Assembly (NCBI GenBank): GCA_037444445.1
Contig: JBBIMK010000011.1
Location: 1-32,000 of the forward strand
DNA: 32,000 bases
Reading direction: 5' to 3'
Source of the DNA: a bacterium
GTDB lineage: Bacteria; UBP7; UBA6624; JBBIMK01
Part shown: one piece after another, positions 15,041-22,749 of the stretch
Layout: every line of letters starts with the position of its first letter
How positions within the stretch are numbered: the first letter of the stretch is position 1
Notes under the pieces: model-generated
What the model was told of the DNA's origin: nothing
Database searches by the model: none
Seen by the model: the letters and a program-made list of their open reading frames with translations, nothing else
Translations under genes and position numbers: made by a program

Positions 15041-15898
15041 ATGAACCTATTGCATTTTCCTCTTTTTAGCTGGCAATTTGCAATCGTGGAACAGCCCAAC
15101 TATTTTCATTTCGTTGATGCTACCCGGGTGAACATCTTTGTAATAGAAGCAGGATTTTTCGTGCTTCTTTTGTGGCTGATTGCTCATGCCCGGGCAGGCA
15201 AAAGCCTTTATATCCGAAGAATCAGCGGGCTGGATGCCCTGGAGGAAGCCATCGGTAGAGCCACGGAAATGGGCAAGCCCATCCTGTTTGTGAACGGACA
15301 GGCCGACCCTTCCAGCATCTCCACCGTGGCAGCCATCAATATCCTGGGGTTGGTCGCCCGGAAGGTTGCCGAGTATGAGACGCCGTTAAAAGTTCCCAAT
15401 GTGGACCCCGTCACCTTTACCGTGGAGAAGGAAACGGTGAAGGAAGCCTACATCCAGGCGGGGAAAGCGGATGTCTATGACCCGGACAGTGTTTTTTATA
15501 TTGCCGGCACGCAGTTTGCCTACACCGCTTCCGTGAGCGGGTTGATGCTTCGTGACCTCCCTGCCACCATCTTTTATCTCGGATTTTTCTATGCGGAATC
15601 GTTGATACTGGCGGAAACAGGGTCTGCCACGGGCGCCGTTCAAATCGCCGGCACCGATGCGGTGACGCAACTGCCCTTCTTCGTCGCCGCCTGTGATTAC
15701 ACCCTCATCGGCGAAGAACTCTACGCCGCCAGCGCCTACCTGACCAGAGAGCCTCTATTGTTAGGCGCCCTGAAAGCCCAGGATTATGCTAAATTCCTCA
15801 TTGCTGCTACCCTCATCGCGGGTGTCTTTATCACCCTTATATCCCGTTCAGAAGCCTTTATCAACCTCCTTCGCTGTTCCCTGAAGCTATGCCCATAA
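15041..15898 (+). CDS. uncharacterised membrane protein, module subunit A, copy 1
   Basis: Paralogue of 18376..19263. It has a TM helix (NIFVIEAGFFVLLLWLIAHA), then ARAGKSLYIRRISGLDALEEAIGRATEMGKPILF..., the conserved IAGTDAVTQLPFFVAACDYTLIGEELYAASAY, and a C-terminal TM. I chose the ATG at 15041; the track start GTG at 15011 is possible. Confidence 0.75.
   Translation: MNLLHFPLFSWQFAIVEQPNYFHFVDATRVNIFVIEAGFFVLLLWLIAHARAGKSLYIRRISGLDALEEAIGRATEMGKPILFVNGQADPSSISTVAAINILGLVARKVAEYETPLKVPNVDPVTFTVEKETVKEAYIQAGKADVYDPDSVFYIAGTQFAYTASVSGLMLRDLPATIFYLGFFYAESLILAETGSATGAVQIAGTDAVTQLPFFVAACDYTLIGEELYAASAYLTREPLLLGALKAQDYAKFLIAATLIAGVFITLISRSEAFINLLRCSLKLCP
15624..15745. repeat. near-identical DNA tract shared with A2 (18974..19095)
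   Basis: 122 nt with 4 mismatches by my count, including a 61-nt perfect run. The surrounding coding sequence is much more diverged. Confidence 0.8.
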
Positions 15899-15925
15899 GG
15901 ATGGATAGGGAGGAAGCCTGACAGG

Positions 15926-16570
15926 ATGAAAAAGGGACTGCCCATTCTTATTGCAACGGTCATCGGAGTCTACATGGTTCTTCAATATGAAACCACGAAG
16001 CAAACCTGGTTGGGTGGGCAGCTGGCAACGGTCTATCAATGGTTTAACGACTGGTACACCATTACCTGGGCTATGGTGATTCTGGTGGCCATGGGCAATC
16101 TTCTTCGGGTTCATCTGCAAAAAGTTCGTCGCCTCTCTCCGGGGTGGGCTTATTCCATCCTCACCCTCACCGGGCTGGTCTTCTACAGCGCCCTTGCCTT
16201 CTTTCCGAGGATTTCTATCGGTGAGCCGGGCGACTGGATTTTTACCTATATCTATTTTCCGCTGGATTCCACCATGTTTTCCCTGCTGGCATTTTTTATG
16301 GCATCGGCGGCGTATCGGGCATTCCGTGTGAGGAATGTGGAAGCCAGTCTGATGCTCGCCACCGCCATCCTCATTATGCTGGGCAGGGTTCCCATCGGCT
16401 CCTACATCTCCGCCCATCTGCCTGATTTGACCACCTGGATTTTAAGCGTTCCTGCTATGGCAGCCAAGCGAGGCATTATGTTCGGTGTGGCTCTGGGCAT
16501 CATTGCCACTTCTATGAAAATTATTCTCGGGATAGAGAAGCCCTATCTTGGGGGGACAAGCAGGTCATGA
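15926..16570 (+). CDS. uncharacterised polytopic membrane protein, module subunit B, copy 1
   Basis: 214 aa with about 6 hydrophobic spans. Paralogue of 19309..20046, sharing LLAFFMASAAYRAFR.RN.EASLMLATAI and KIILGIE.PYLGG. Confidence 0.75.
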   Translation: MKKGLPILIATVIGVYMVLQYETTKQTWLGGQLATVYQWFNDWYTITWAMVILVAMGNLLRVHLQKVRRLSPGWAYSILTLTGLVFYSALAFFPRISIGEPGDWIFTYIYFPLDSTMFSLLAFFMASAAYRAFRVRNVEASLMLATAILIMLGRVPIGSYISAHLPDLTTWILSVPAMAAKRGIMFGVALGIIATSMKIILGIEKPYLGGTSRS

Positions 16571-17406
16571 GTTTTCTTGACCGACTGCAGAAGATGGACC
16601 GCCGGTGGGTTTTCCTGATTTTAGCCATCGCCGTGACCGCTCCCCTGCTATTTCCACTCGGGCTGAAAATCTCTCCCACCTCCGAGTCCCTGACTTTTTA
16701 CCGTATGGTAGATTCTCTTCCCGAGGGTTCCGTGGTGATGGTTTCCTTTGATTTCGGACCCTCTGCGGCTCCGGAACTTTTACCCGTCAGCGAATCCTTC
16801 ATTCGCCATGCCTTCCGAAAGAACCTGAAGGTGATTACGCTGGCCCTCTGGCCCGACGGCTTGCCTCTGTCTCAAGATACCCCGGATAACATTGCAAAGC
16901 AGATGAACAAAATCTATGGAAAAGATTATGTGACGCTGGGATATAAGTCCGGGATTGCCAGTGTCATATCCCAGTTAGGAGAAGGGTTCCACCAGACCTT
17001 TCCTCTGGATGCCAGAAAGAACCCCTTAGAAAGTCTACCTTTGATGGAAAGGGTGAAGAATTATGACCAGGTGAGCCTCACCTGTGTTCTCGCTGCGGGG
17101 ACGAGCATTGACTGGTGGATAGGCATCGCCAATGGACGATACAAGGAAAATCTGGTAGCGGCTACCACCGCGGTCATGGCTTCGGACTATTATCCTTACC
17201 TGCAGACCCGGCAAATCCAGGGGCTATTGGGTGGATTAAAGCCCGCCGGTGAATACCAACGGATGGTGGACGGGGAAAATACTCCCCGGATGATTCGCAT
17301 GCTGGATTCCCAATCCCTGGTTCATCTCGCCATTATTTTTTTCGTGCTTCTGGGTAATGTGGGCTATCTGGTAACCCGGAACCCTGAGGCGAGAAGGAGA
17401 AAATAA
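16567..17406 (+). CDS. uncharacterised bitopic membrane protein with large hydrophilic core, module subunit C, copy 1
   Basis: 279 aa. An N-terminal TM follows MDRRW, and a C-terminal TM (LVHLAIIFFVLLGNVGYLV) is followed by RNPEARRRK. Paralogue of 20079..20930. Its start overlaps the B1 stop (ATGA). Confidence 0.75.
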   Translation: MSFLDRLQKMDRRWVFLILAIAVTAPLLFPLGLKISPTSESLTFYRMVDSLPEGSVVMVSFDFGPSAAPELLPVSESFIRHAFRKNLKVITLALWPDGLPLSQDTPDNIAKQMNKIYGKDYVTLGYKSGIASVISQLGEGFHQTFPLDARKNPLESLPLMERVKNYDQVSLTCVLAAGTSIDWWIGIANGRYKENLVAATTAVMASDYYPYLQTRQIQGLLGGLKPAGEYQRMVDGENTPRMIRMLDSQSLVHLAIIFFVLLGNVGYLVTRNPEARRRK

Positions 17407-17419
17407 GGAGAATTCGTAT

Positions 17420-18169
17420 ATGGCTATCCTCTCTCCACTGGCGCTTACTTTTGAGCCTGCCAGAGTCATTCACCCCACAGGTGGATTGTCCACTGAGGGA
17501 ATCGGTATATGGGTCGCCGCCCTGCTGACTCTGATGATTTATTCCTTCCTGTATAAGGATAACCCCTTTTATAAAACAGCAGAAAGCCTTTTTGCGGGGA
17601 TTTCCATCGGCTACCTGTTCGGAACCAACTACCAGCCGGTTTTTTTACCCAAAGTGTATCTCCCTTTGAAGATGTTCGTGGAGAAAGTCGTTGCCCGTCA
17701 ACCTCTGACGACCGGTGACTGGGGAAGCCTGAATGTTCTGGTTCCAGCCCTCATCGGTCTGTGCACCCTTTTCCCGTTTATCTATCCCCGCCTGGGGTGG
17801 CTTACCACACTTCCCTTCGCTCTGATCATCGGATATGGTGCTGGATTGAATATCCCAACGAATATCACAGCCATTCTATTAGGGCAGATGGAAGGCACCC
17901 TGAGGCCCTTTTACCAGTATAGTGCGTGGAATCCTGACCCCATGCTTTTCCTGTCCAGCCTTTTAGTTTTAGTGGGGGTTCTGGCTACGCTTTCTTATTT
18001 TTTCTTTTCAGCGGAACACAGGGGGGCGTTAGGTGTTTCTTCCCGTCTGGGCATCTGGTTCGTGATGGTCGGCTTCGGCGCCGCCTTCGGCCTCACCGTG
18101 ATGGCTCGTGTTTCACTCCTCATCGGGCGGGTAGAGTTCTTGCTCCACGACTGGCTCCACATCATCTAA
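17420..18169 (+). CDS. uncharacterised polytopic membrane protein, module subunit D, copy 1
   Basis: 249 aa with multiple TM spans. The SD AAGGAG lies 9 nt upstream. Paralogue of 20933..21730, sharing SFLYKDNP.YK.AES.F.G.SIGYL and LGIWFVMVGFGAAFG.TVMARVSLLIGR.EFLL.DWL. Confidence 0.75.
   Translation: MAILSPLALTFEPARVIHPTGGLSTEGIGIWVAALLTLMIYSFLYKDNPFYKTAESLFAGISIGYLFGTNYQPVFLPKVYLPLKMFVEKVVARQPLTTGDWGSLNVLVPALIGLCTLFPFIYPRLGWLTTLPFALIIGYGAGLNIPTNITAILLGQMEGTLRPFYQYSAWNPDPMLFLSSLLVLVGVLATLSYFFFSAEHRGALGVSSRLGIWFVMVGFGAAFGLTVMARVSLLIGRVEFLLHDWLHII
18044..18126. repeat. near-identical DNA tract shared with D2 (21599..21681)
   Basis: 83 nt with 4 mismatches by my count. Confidence 0.75.
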
Positions 18170-18266
18170 ATCTGCCCTCCCGCTGGGGCAGTTCGCTTCG
18201 CCAATCAGGTCCGGCATTCCGTCCTGACTCCCACCCTTCCTTCTTTATCCCTGAATAGCATAAGGT

Positions 18267-18295
18267 TTGACAATATAGCGGATGTATAGTATAAG
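18267..18295 (+). promoter_or_regulatory. promoter of membrane cassette 2
   Basis: TTGACA at 18267-18272, a 17-nt spacer, and TATAAG at 18290-18295. It lies in the 206-nt gap between D1 and A2. A weak hairpin (CTGCCC..GGGCAG, 18172-18190) precedes it. Confidence 0.5.
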
Positions 18296-18375
18296 GGTAT
18301 CAGATGAGGGAGGAGGAAATTTCTTTCCGTAAGGAATATTTTATTGGGAGAGGGGGAGGTGGAGAATTGAGAAGA

Positions 18376-19263
18376 ATGCTGAATCGGCTGATGGGAGGGT
18401 TGCTTCTGGTGTCTTTTTCCAGTGTTCCTGCCTGGGCGAAGGGTTGGCAACGCTTCCCGCTGGTTGATATAGAACGAATCAATGTTTTTGTTTTGAGCGT
18501 GGGGTTTATTTTCGTTCTGCTCTATTTTTTATCCCGGGCACGGAAGGGGGGCTCCCTTTATTTGCGTCGGATAGCCGGGCTGGATGCGATGGAGGAAGCC
18601 ATCGGAAGGGCGACGGAGATGGGCAAGCCCATCTATTTCATCAACGGGCTTGACCCCCCCCATTCTATTTCCACCATTGCGGCCATCAATATCCTGGGCC
18701 TCGTGGCTCGGAGGGTAGCAGAATATGAAGCCCCTTTGAAAGTCCCCAATGTGGACCCTATGACCTATGCTGTGGAGAAGGAAACGGTGAAGGAAGCCTA
18801 TATTCACGCTGGAAAAGCGGATGCCTACGACCCGGACAGTGTGTATTTCATCGCGGGAACGCAGTTTGCGTATGCGGCTGCGGTTTCCGGCTCTTTGCTT
18901 CGTGAAAAGCCTGCCACTAACATCCTGCTGGGGTATTTCTATGCGGAGTCGTTAATTCTGGCGGAAAGCGGCGCTGCCACGGGCGCCATTCAAATCGCCG
19001 GCACCGATGCGGTGACGCAACTGCCCTTCTTCGTCGCCGCCTGTGATTATACCCTCATCGGCGAAGAACTCTATGCGGCCAGCGCCTACCTGACCCGCGC
19101 CCCCCTCCTCCTGGGTGCCCTGAAAGCCCAGGATGTGGGCAAAATCCTCTCTATCGCCACTCTCCTGATGGCTACCTTCTTCACTTTCCTCGCCTATGCC
19201 TTTCTTCCCACCGTCCAGGAATCTTTCAAAGAATTTTTCCTGAACCTTTTACGAACAGCATGA
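18376..19263 (+). CDS. uncharacterised membrane protein, module subunit A, copy 2 (with signal-peptide-like N-terminus)
   Basis: The ATG at 18376 is preceded by the SD GGAGGTGGAG. MLNRLMGGLLLVSFSSVPAWA|KGW looks like a Sec signal peptide (AxA). A TM follows, then the A-type core. The track start at 18304 lies too close to the promoter. Confidence 0.75.
   Translation: MLNRLMGGLLLVSFSSVPAWAKGWQRFPLVDIERINVFVLSVGFIFVLLYFLSRARKGGSLYLRRIAGLDAMEEAIGRATEMGKPIYFINGLDPPHSISTIAAINILGLVARRVAEYEAPLKVPNVDPMTYAVEKETVKEAYIHAGKADAYDPDSVYFIAGTQFAYAAAVSGSLLREKPATNILLGYFYAESLILAESGAATGAIQIAGTDAVTQLPFFVAACDYTLIGEELYAASAYLTRAPLLLGALKAQDVGKILSIATLLMATFFTFLAYAFLPTVQESFKEFFLNLLRTA
18974..19095. repeat. near-identical DNA tract shared with A1 (15624..15745)
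   Basis: See 15624..15745. Confidence 0.8.
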
Positions 19264-19308
19264 GGAGGTGATGACCCCATTACAGAAGAAATCCTGTTCA
19301 AACACTGG

Positions 19309-20046
19309 ATGGTCACGATTGCCATCCCGTGGTTCATAGTTTTAGGCTTTGCAGGGTTCACGGTGTATGCTCTATTCAAGCCCCCTTTGCGCCGATGGGT
19401 TGCCATTAGCATCGCACTTGCCGTGGGGATGTATATGTTTTTCCAGTTCTTCACCACCACGGAAACCCCCGCGGGAGAGTATTTCAATGAATGGTTTCAA
19501 AGGTTTAACAAATGGGCGATTATCATTTCCGGACTCACCGTTATTCTTGCCGTGGGGAATCTGCTGAAAATCCACATCTTAAAGGTAAAAAAACTTCAGC
19601 CCGGCTGGGGCTACAGTTTCATCACCCTTCTTGCCCTGTTCACGATGAGCCTCTTTGGCATTCTGGGAATCCAATTTCAAAAAGAAGGGATTCCGTGGTA
19701 TCAATGGACTTTTCGGTGGCTGTGGAAAACCTTCAATGTGGCCCTGGATTCTTCCATGTTTGCCCTCCTGGCATTCTTTATGGCATCGGCGGCGTATCGG
19801 GCTTTTCGGGCTCGGAATATGGAAGCCAGCCTGATGCTCGCCACCGCCATCATCGTGATGCTGGGACGGGTTCCAGTGGGCGACTACATCACCTCTGCTT
19901 TCCCCACCCTGACTTCCTGGATTTTGATGTTTCCCAACCTCGCCGCCCAGAGAGGAATTATGATGGGAGTGGCATTGGGTGCCATTGCCACCAGCCTCAA
20001 AATTATTTTAGGGATTGAACGCCCCTACCTCGGAGGGGCTAAATGA
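19309..20046 (+). CDS. uncharacterised polytopic membrane protein, module subunit B, copy 2
   Basis: 245 aa. It carries an extra hydrophobic N-terminal segment (MVTIAIPWFIVLGFAGFTVYALF) relative to B1. The start is uncertain. The strong SD GGAGGTG at 19264-19270 is about 40 nt upstream of this ATG. It is followed at good spacing only by an in-frame ATT (19279) and by an out-of-frame 22-codon ORF (19271). Confidence 0.7.
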   Translation: MVTIAIPWFIVLGFAGFTVYALFKPPLRRWVAISIALAVGMYMFFQFFTTTETPAGEYFNEWFQRFNKWAIIISGLTVILAVGNLLKIHILKVKKLQPGWGYSFITLLALFTMSLFGILGIQFQKEGIPWYQWTFRWLWKTFNVALDSSMFALLAFFMASAAYRAFRARNMEASLMLATAIIVMLGRVPVGDYITSAFPTLTSWILMFPNLAAQRGIMMGVALGAIATSLKIILGIERPYLGGAK

Positions 20047-20078
20047 GGAGATTACATTTCATAGGGGGGGTATAGAGG

Positions 20079-20930
20079 ATGCAATTCTTTGAACGGCTAC
20101 AATTCATTGACCGTCGGATTCTATTCCTCTTCCTTGCAGCGGCTTTAATCCTCCCTTTCTTTTTCCCTTTTCAGCAGAAAATTCTCATCACTCAAGAGGT
20201 AAAGAACTTTCATCGGACCATTGATTCACTTCCAGAGGGCGCTGTCGTGGCCATTTCCTTTGACTACGGTCCTTCTGCCATGCCGGAAATTAACCCGATG
20301 GCTCGTGCGATGATTGAACAGATTTTCCAGAAGAATCTGAAATTAATCACCTACGCCCTGTGGCAGGATGGCGAACCATTTTCCATTCAAATCCCCGAAG
20401 AGCTGGCGAAACAACATCAGAAAATTTATGGCGAACATTATGTGACCCTGGGGTTCAAACCCGGACGGGTGGCTGTTATCCTCCAGATGGGGGAAGACAT
20501 TCACACCGCCTTTCCCATGGACAGTAAAGGAACACGCATCTCTGATATTCCTCTGATGAAAAACATCCGTAATTATAGCGACCTGAATCTGCTCATTGAC
20601 CTGGCGGCTGGCGCAGACCCGGACCTTTATGTGGGATACGCCGTGGAACGCTATCACATCCCCTTCCAGGCAGGTGTTACTGCCGTGATGGCTGCCAACT
20701 TCTACCCGTACCTCCAGACCCGACAGATGAAAGGACTGCTCCCCGGCTTAAAAGGCGCCTCCGAGTATGAGTTTATGGTCACTCAAGCCAATTCTCGCCA
20801 GGTTACCCAGATGATGGCTTCCCAGTCGCTGGTTCACCTCATTATGGTCCTTTTCATTCTCCTGGGGAATATGGGCTACTTTTTAACCAAATCTTATAAA
20901 AAACAGACCCAACAGAAGGGGAGGGGTTAG
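20079..20930 (+). CDS. uncharacterised bitopic membrane protein, module subunit C, copy 2
   Basis: 283 aa. Motifs shared with C1: DSLPEG.VV..SFD.GPSA.PE, KNLK.IT.ALW.DG, YVTLG.K.G, YPYLQTRQ, SQSLVHL....LLGN.GY. Confidence 0.75.
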   Translation: MQFFERLQFIDRRILFLFLAAALILPFFFPFQQKILITQEVKNFHRTIDSLPEGAVVAISFDYGPSAMPEINPMARAMIEQIFQKNLKLITYALWQDGEPFSIQIPEELAKQHQKIYGEHYVTLGFKPGRVAVILQMGEDIHTAFPMDSKGTRISDIPLMKNIRNYSDLNLLIDLAAGADPDLYVGYAVERYHIPFQAGVTAVMAANFYPYLQTRQMKGLLPGLKGASEYEFMVTQANSRQVTQMMASQSLVHLIMVLFILLGNMGYFLTKSYKKQTQQKGRG

Positions 20931-20932
20931 GG

Positions 20933-21730
20933 ATGAATACACTGACCATGCTTGCTATCTCTTTTCAGCCGGCTAAGGTCTGGACCCCAGACACTGGATT
21001 CTCACTGGATGGCCTCGGAATCTGGATTTCCGCTATTCTCTCCCTTTTCATCTTTTCTTTCCTTTATAAGGATAACCCGTTGTATAAATTTGCAGAAAGC
21101 ATCTTTGTGGGGGTTTCTATCGGTTATCTCGTGGGAATAGTGTATCACAACGGCATTGAAGCCAATGTGTATCAGGTGATGGTGAGTAAACTCGACCCGG
21201 CGACGCTAAAAAATCTCCACTATTTTCAGGAAATCAAGTATTTGATTCAACACTATCATTCGCTGGACTACTGGCCACTGGTTGCTCTGGTGATGGGCTT
21301 ATTAACACTTTCTCCATTCCTGACTGCTCGGCATGCCTGGCTGACCTCCATTCCCTTCGCATTTTACATGGGCTGGGGGTCTGGAGTTGCCATCCCCGCT
21401 AACATGCAGGCTGCCATCCTCGCCCAGCTTTATGGCACCACCTACGCCTTCTCGGTGGTAGGCGCCAGCCTCCTCAATGGCACCTTTAACCTGTGGAATC
21501 TCCTCTGGACCTTTGTGATGCTTCTGGGAATTGTGGCGACTCTGTGGTATTTCTACTTTTCCGCCGAGCACAAAGGGTGGCTGGGAGGGGGTGTAGCCCG
21601 TCTGGGCATCTGGTTCGTGATGGTCGGGTTCGGCGCCGCCTTCGGCTTCACCGTCATGGCTCGTGTTTCCCTCCTCATCGGCCGCATTGAGTTCCTTTTG
21701 AAAGACTGGCTCGGCCTCATCACCTATTAA
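20933..21730 (+). CDS. uncharacterised polytopic membrane protein, module subunit D, copy 2
   Basis: 265 aa. It is like D1 but carries an insertion (..KLDPATLKNLHYFQEIKYLIQHYHSLDYW..). It starts 2 nt after the C2 stop. Confidence 0.75.
   Translation: MNTLTMLAISFQPAKVWTPDTGFSLDGLGIWISAILSLFIFSFLYKDNPLYKFAESIFVGVSIGYLVGIVYHNGIEANVYQVMVSKLDPATLKNLHYFQEIKYLIQHYHSLDYWPLVALVMGLLTLSPFLTARHAWLTSIPFAFYMGWGSGVAIPANMQAAILAQLYGTTYAFSVVGASLLNGTFNLWNLLWTFVMLLGIVATLWYFYFSAEHKGWLGGGVARLGIWFVMVGFGAAFGFTVMARVSLLIGRIEFLLKDWLGLITY
21599..21681. repeat. near-identical DNA tract shared with D1 (18044..18126)
   Basis: See 18044..18126. Confidence 0.75.
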
Positions 21731-21813
21731 GCCCTATGTGCCATACGCAAACCTTCTTCCGAAGGAAACCTTGCCTTGTTGCACTCTCGCCTATCGGCTC
21801 GGGGAACATCACA

Positions 21814-21892
21814 GCGGATAAAAGCCTTCGCTACGCCAAAATCCCGACAAGTCGGAACTCCGTTTATCCGCAAAAGGTTAGGCGACACTACC
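21814..21892. repeat. left flank of the R-M remnant: hairpin-type element + 16-nt inverted repeat
   Basis: gcggataaa (21814-21822) ... tttatccgc (21863-21871) form a 9-bp inverted pair. Next comes aaaag, then gttaggcgacactacc (21877-21892). That last segment is the reverse complement (15/16) of ggtagcgtcgcctaac at 22681-22696. Confidence 0.6.
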
Positions 21893-22099
21893 CAGTATAT
21901 AGAGATAGATGAAGCATATTGTCTTTATGCTATCAAAAGATTGCTGATGTCCGAAAGAGACCCTACCATTCAAGGATATTCTGATGGTGTTTTTTGGGAA
22001 AGAAATACTTTGAAAGATATGAAAAACAAGAACAAGAAGAAGATAAAATCCACAGATGCCTCCTCCCTATTTTCAAATATCAAAGGGGATGACAAATGA
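21893..22099 (+). pseudogene. C-terminal fragment of an N4/N6 DNA methyltransferase
   Basis: ..QYIEIDEAYCLYAIKRLLMSE.. is the typical C-terminal end of amino-methyltransferases (G.EID..Y...A..R.). No catalytic (D/S)PPY or AdoMet motifs lie upstream. The homologous part starts exactly at the inverted repeat. The region is AT-rich. Confidence 0.5.
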
Positions 22100-22679
22100 A
22101 GAGGGAGATTTTTTATGCCAATTCTTACAAAGAAATTGAGAATAAAATTAAGAGTTTTCTCAACAATTATCTTGAATTTTTAACTAAAGATACTGTTTCA
22201 AGCACAAGGGCTACAGGCGATGCAATCCAGCATATTCTGACCAGGACGATTTATACTATGTAGTGGATTTGAAAACTCACAGGTTAGAGACAAAGTTTAA
22301 CATGCCAGATCTTACATCTGTTGAAAGGCTGGCACGGTTCTATGAAGACGATACAAATTATTACGCTATGCTAATGGTAGCCTATGATATTCTCTCTGAT
22401 GACCGTATTCATATGTTGAAAGAGTCCATTTCGTCCCGATTGAATTTTTATCCTCGGAATGTTTGACAATTGGTGCATTAGGGTGGGGGGCAAATACAAA
22501 TTGCCAATGCGAACCTTATTGTGGTGAATCATAGATACTCAAGGAAGAAGTGGATGTTAGAGTTATGCGATGCTCTTTTTGAATTTTACCCACGAGAAAT
22601 TGAAAAAGTAAAAGATAGAATAGAAGACTTCAAAGAGATTAAAAAACAATGGGAAGAAAAAAAGGATATTTGGAAGTAA
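22096..22679 (+). pseudogene. decayed type II restriction endonuclease gene (PD-(D/E)xK-like), at least 3 frame disruptions
   Basis: Joining three frames gives MKREIFYANSYKEIENKIKSFLNNYLEFLTKDTVSSTRATGDAIQHIL / DQDDLYYVVDLKTHRLETKFNMPDLTSVERLARFYEDDTNYYAMLMVAYD.. / FVPIEFLSSECLTIGALGWG / QIQIANANLIVVNHRYSRKKWMLELCDALFEFYPREIEKVKDRIEDFKEIKKQWEEKKDIWK*. The D...VDLK motif fits PD-(D/E)xK. One shift sits at the G run in gggtgggggg. I do not recognise the specific enzyme family. Confidence 0.5.
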
Positions 22680-22680
22680 G

Positions 22681-22749
22681 GGTAGCGTCGCCTAACAGTG
22701 GATAAAATGCTTCACTCAAACCCTGCCTTCGGCAACTTCCTTTATCCGC
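22681..22749. repeat. right flank of the R-M remnant: 16-nt inverted repeat + hairpin-type element
   Basis: ggtagcgtcgcctaac (22681-22696) is followed by gtggataaa (22698-22706) ... tttatccgc (22741-22749). The arrangement mirrors the left flank. Confidence 0.6.

Noticed and set aside
15254-15280. GRATEMGKP in A1 (and the identical segment in A2) as a possible Walker A / P-loop.
   Set aside because: The spacing is GxxxxxGKP, not GxxxxGK[ST]. No Walker B-like hhhhD/E follows. It is therefore not supportable as an NTPase motif.
13826-18169. The idea that the barrel-hybrid protein plus four membrane subunits is a divergent Rnf/Nqr-type ion-pumping oxidoreductase.
   Set aside because: Only the gross architecture is reminiscent. 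I see none of the RnfA/E-NqrD/E sequence signatures, no Fe-S Cys clusters, no flavin-attachment (S/T)GAT-type motifs, and no NADH-binding motif. I keep it only as an analogy.
22681-22696. ggtagcgtcgcctaac as a tRNA fragment, which would imply an integration site in a tRNA gene.
   Set aside because: I could fold no cloverleaf (acceptor stem, T-arm GTTCRANNC) from the surrounding sequence on either strand. It is better described as one arm of an inverted repeat.
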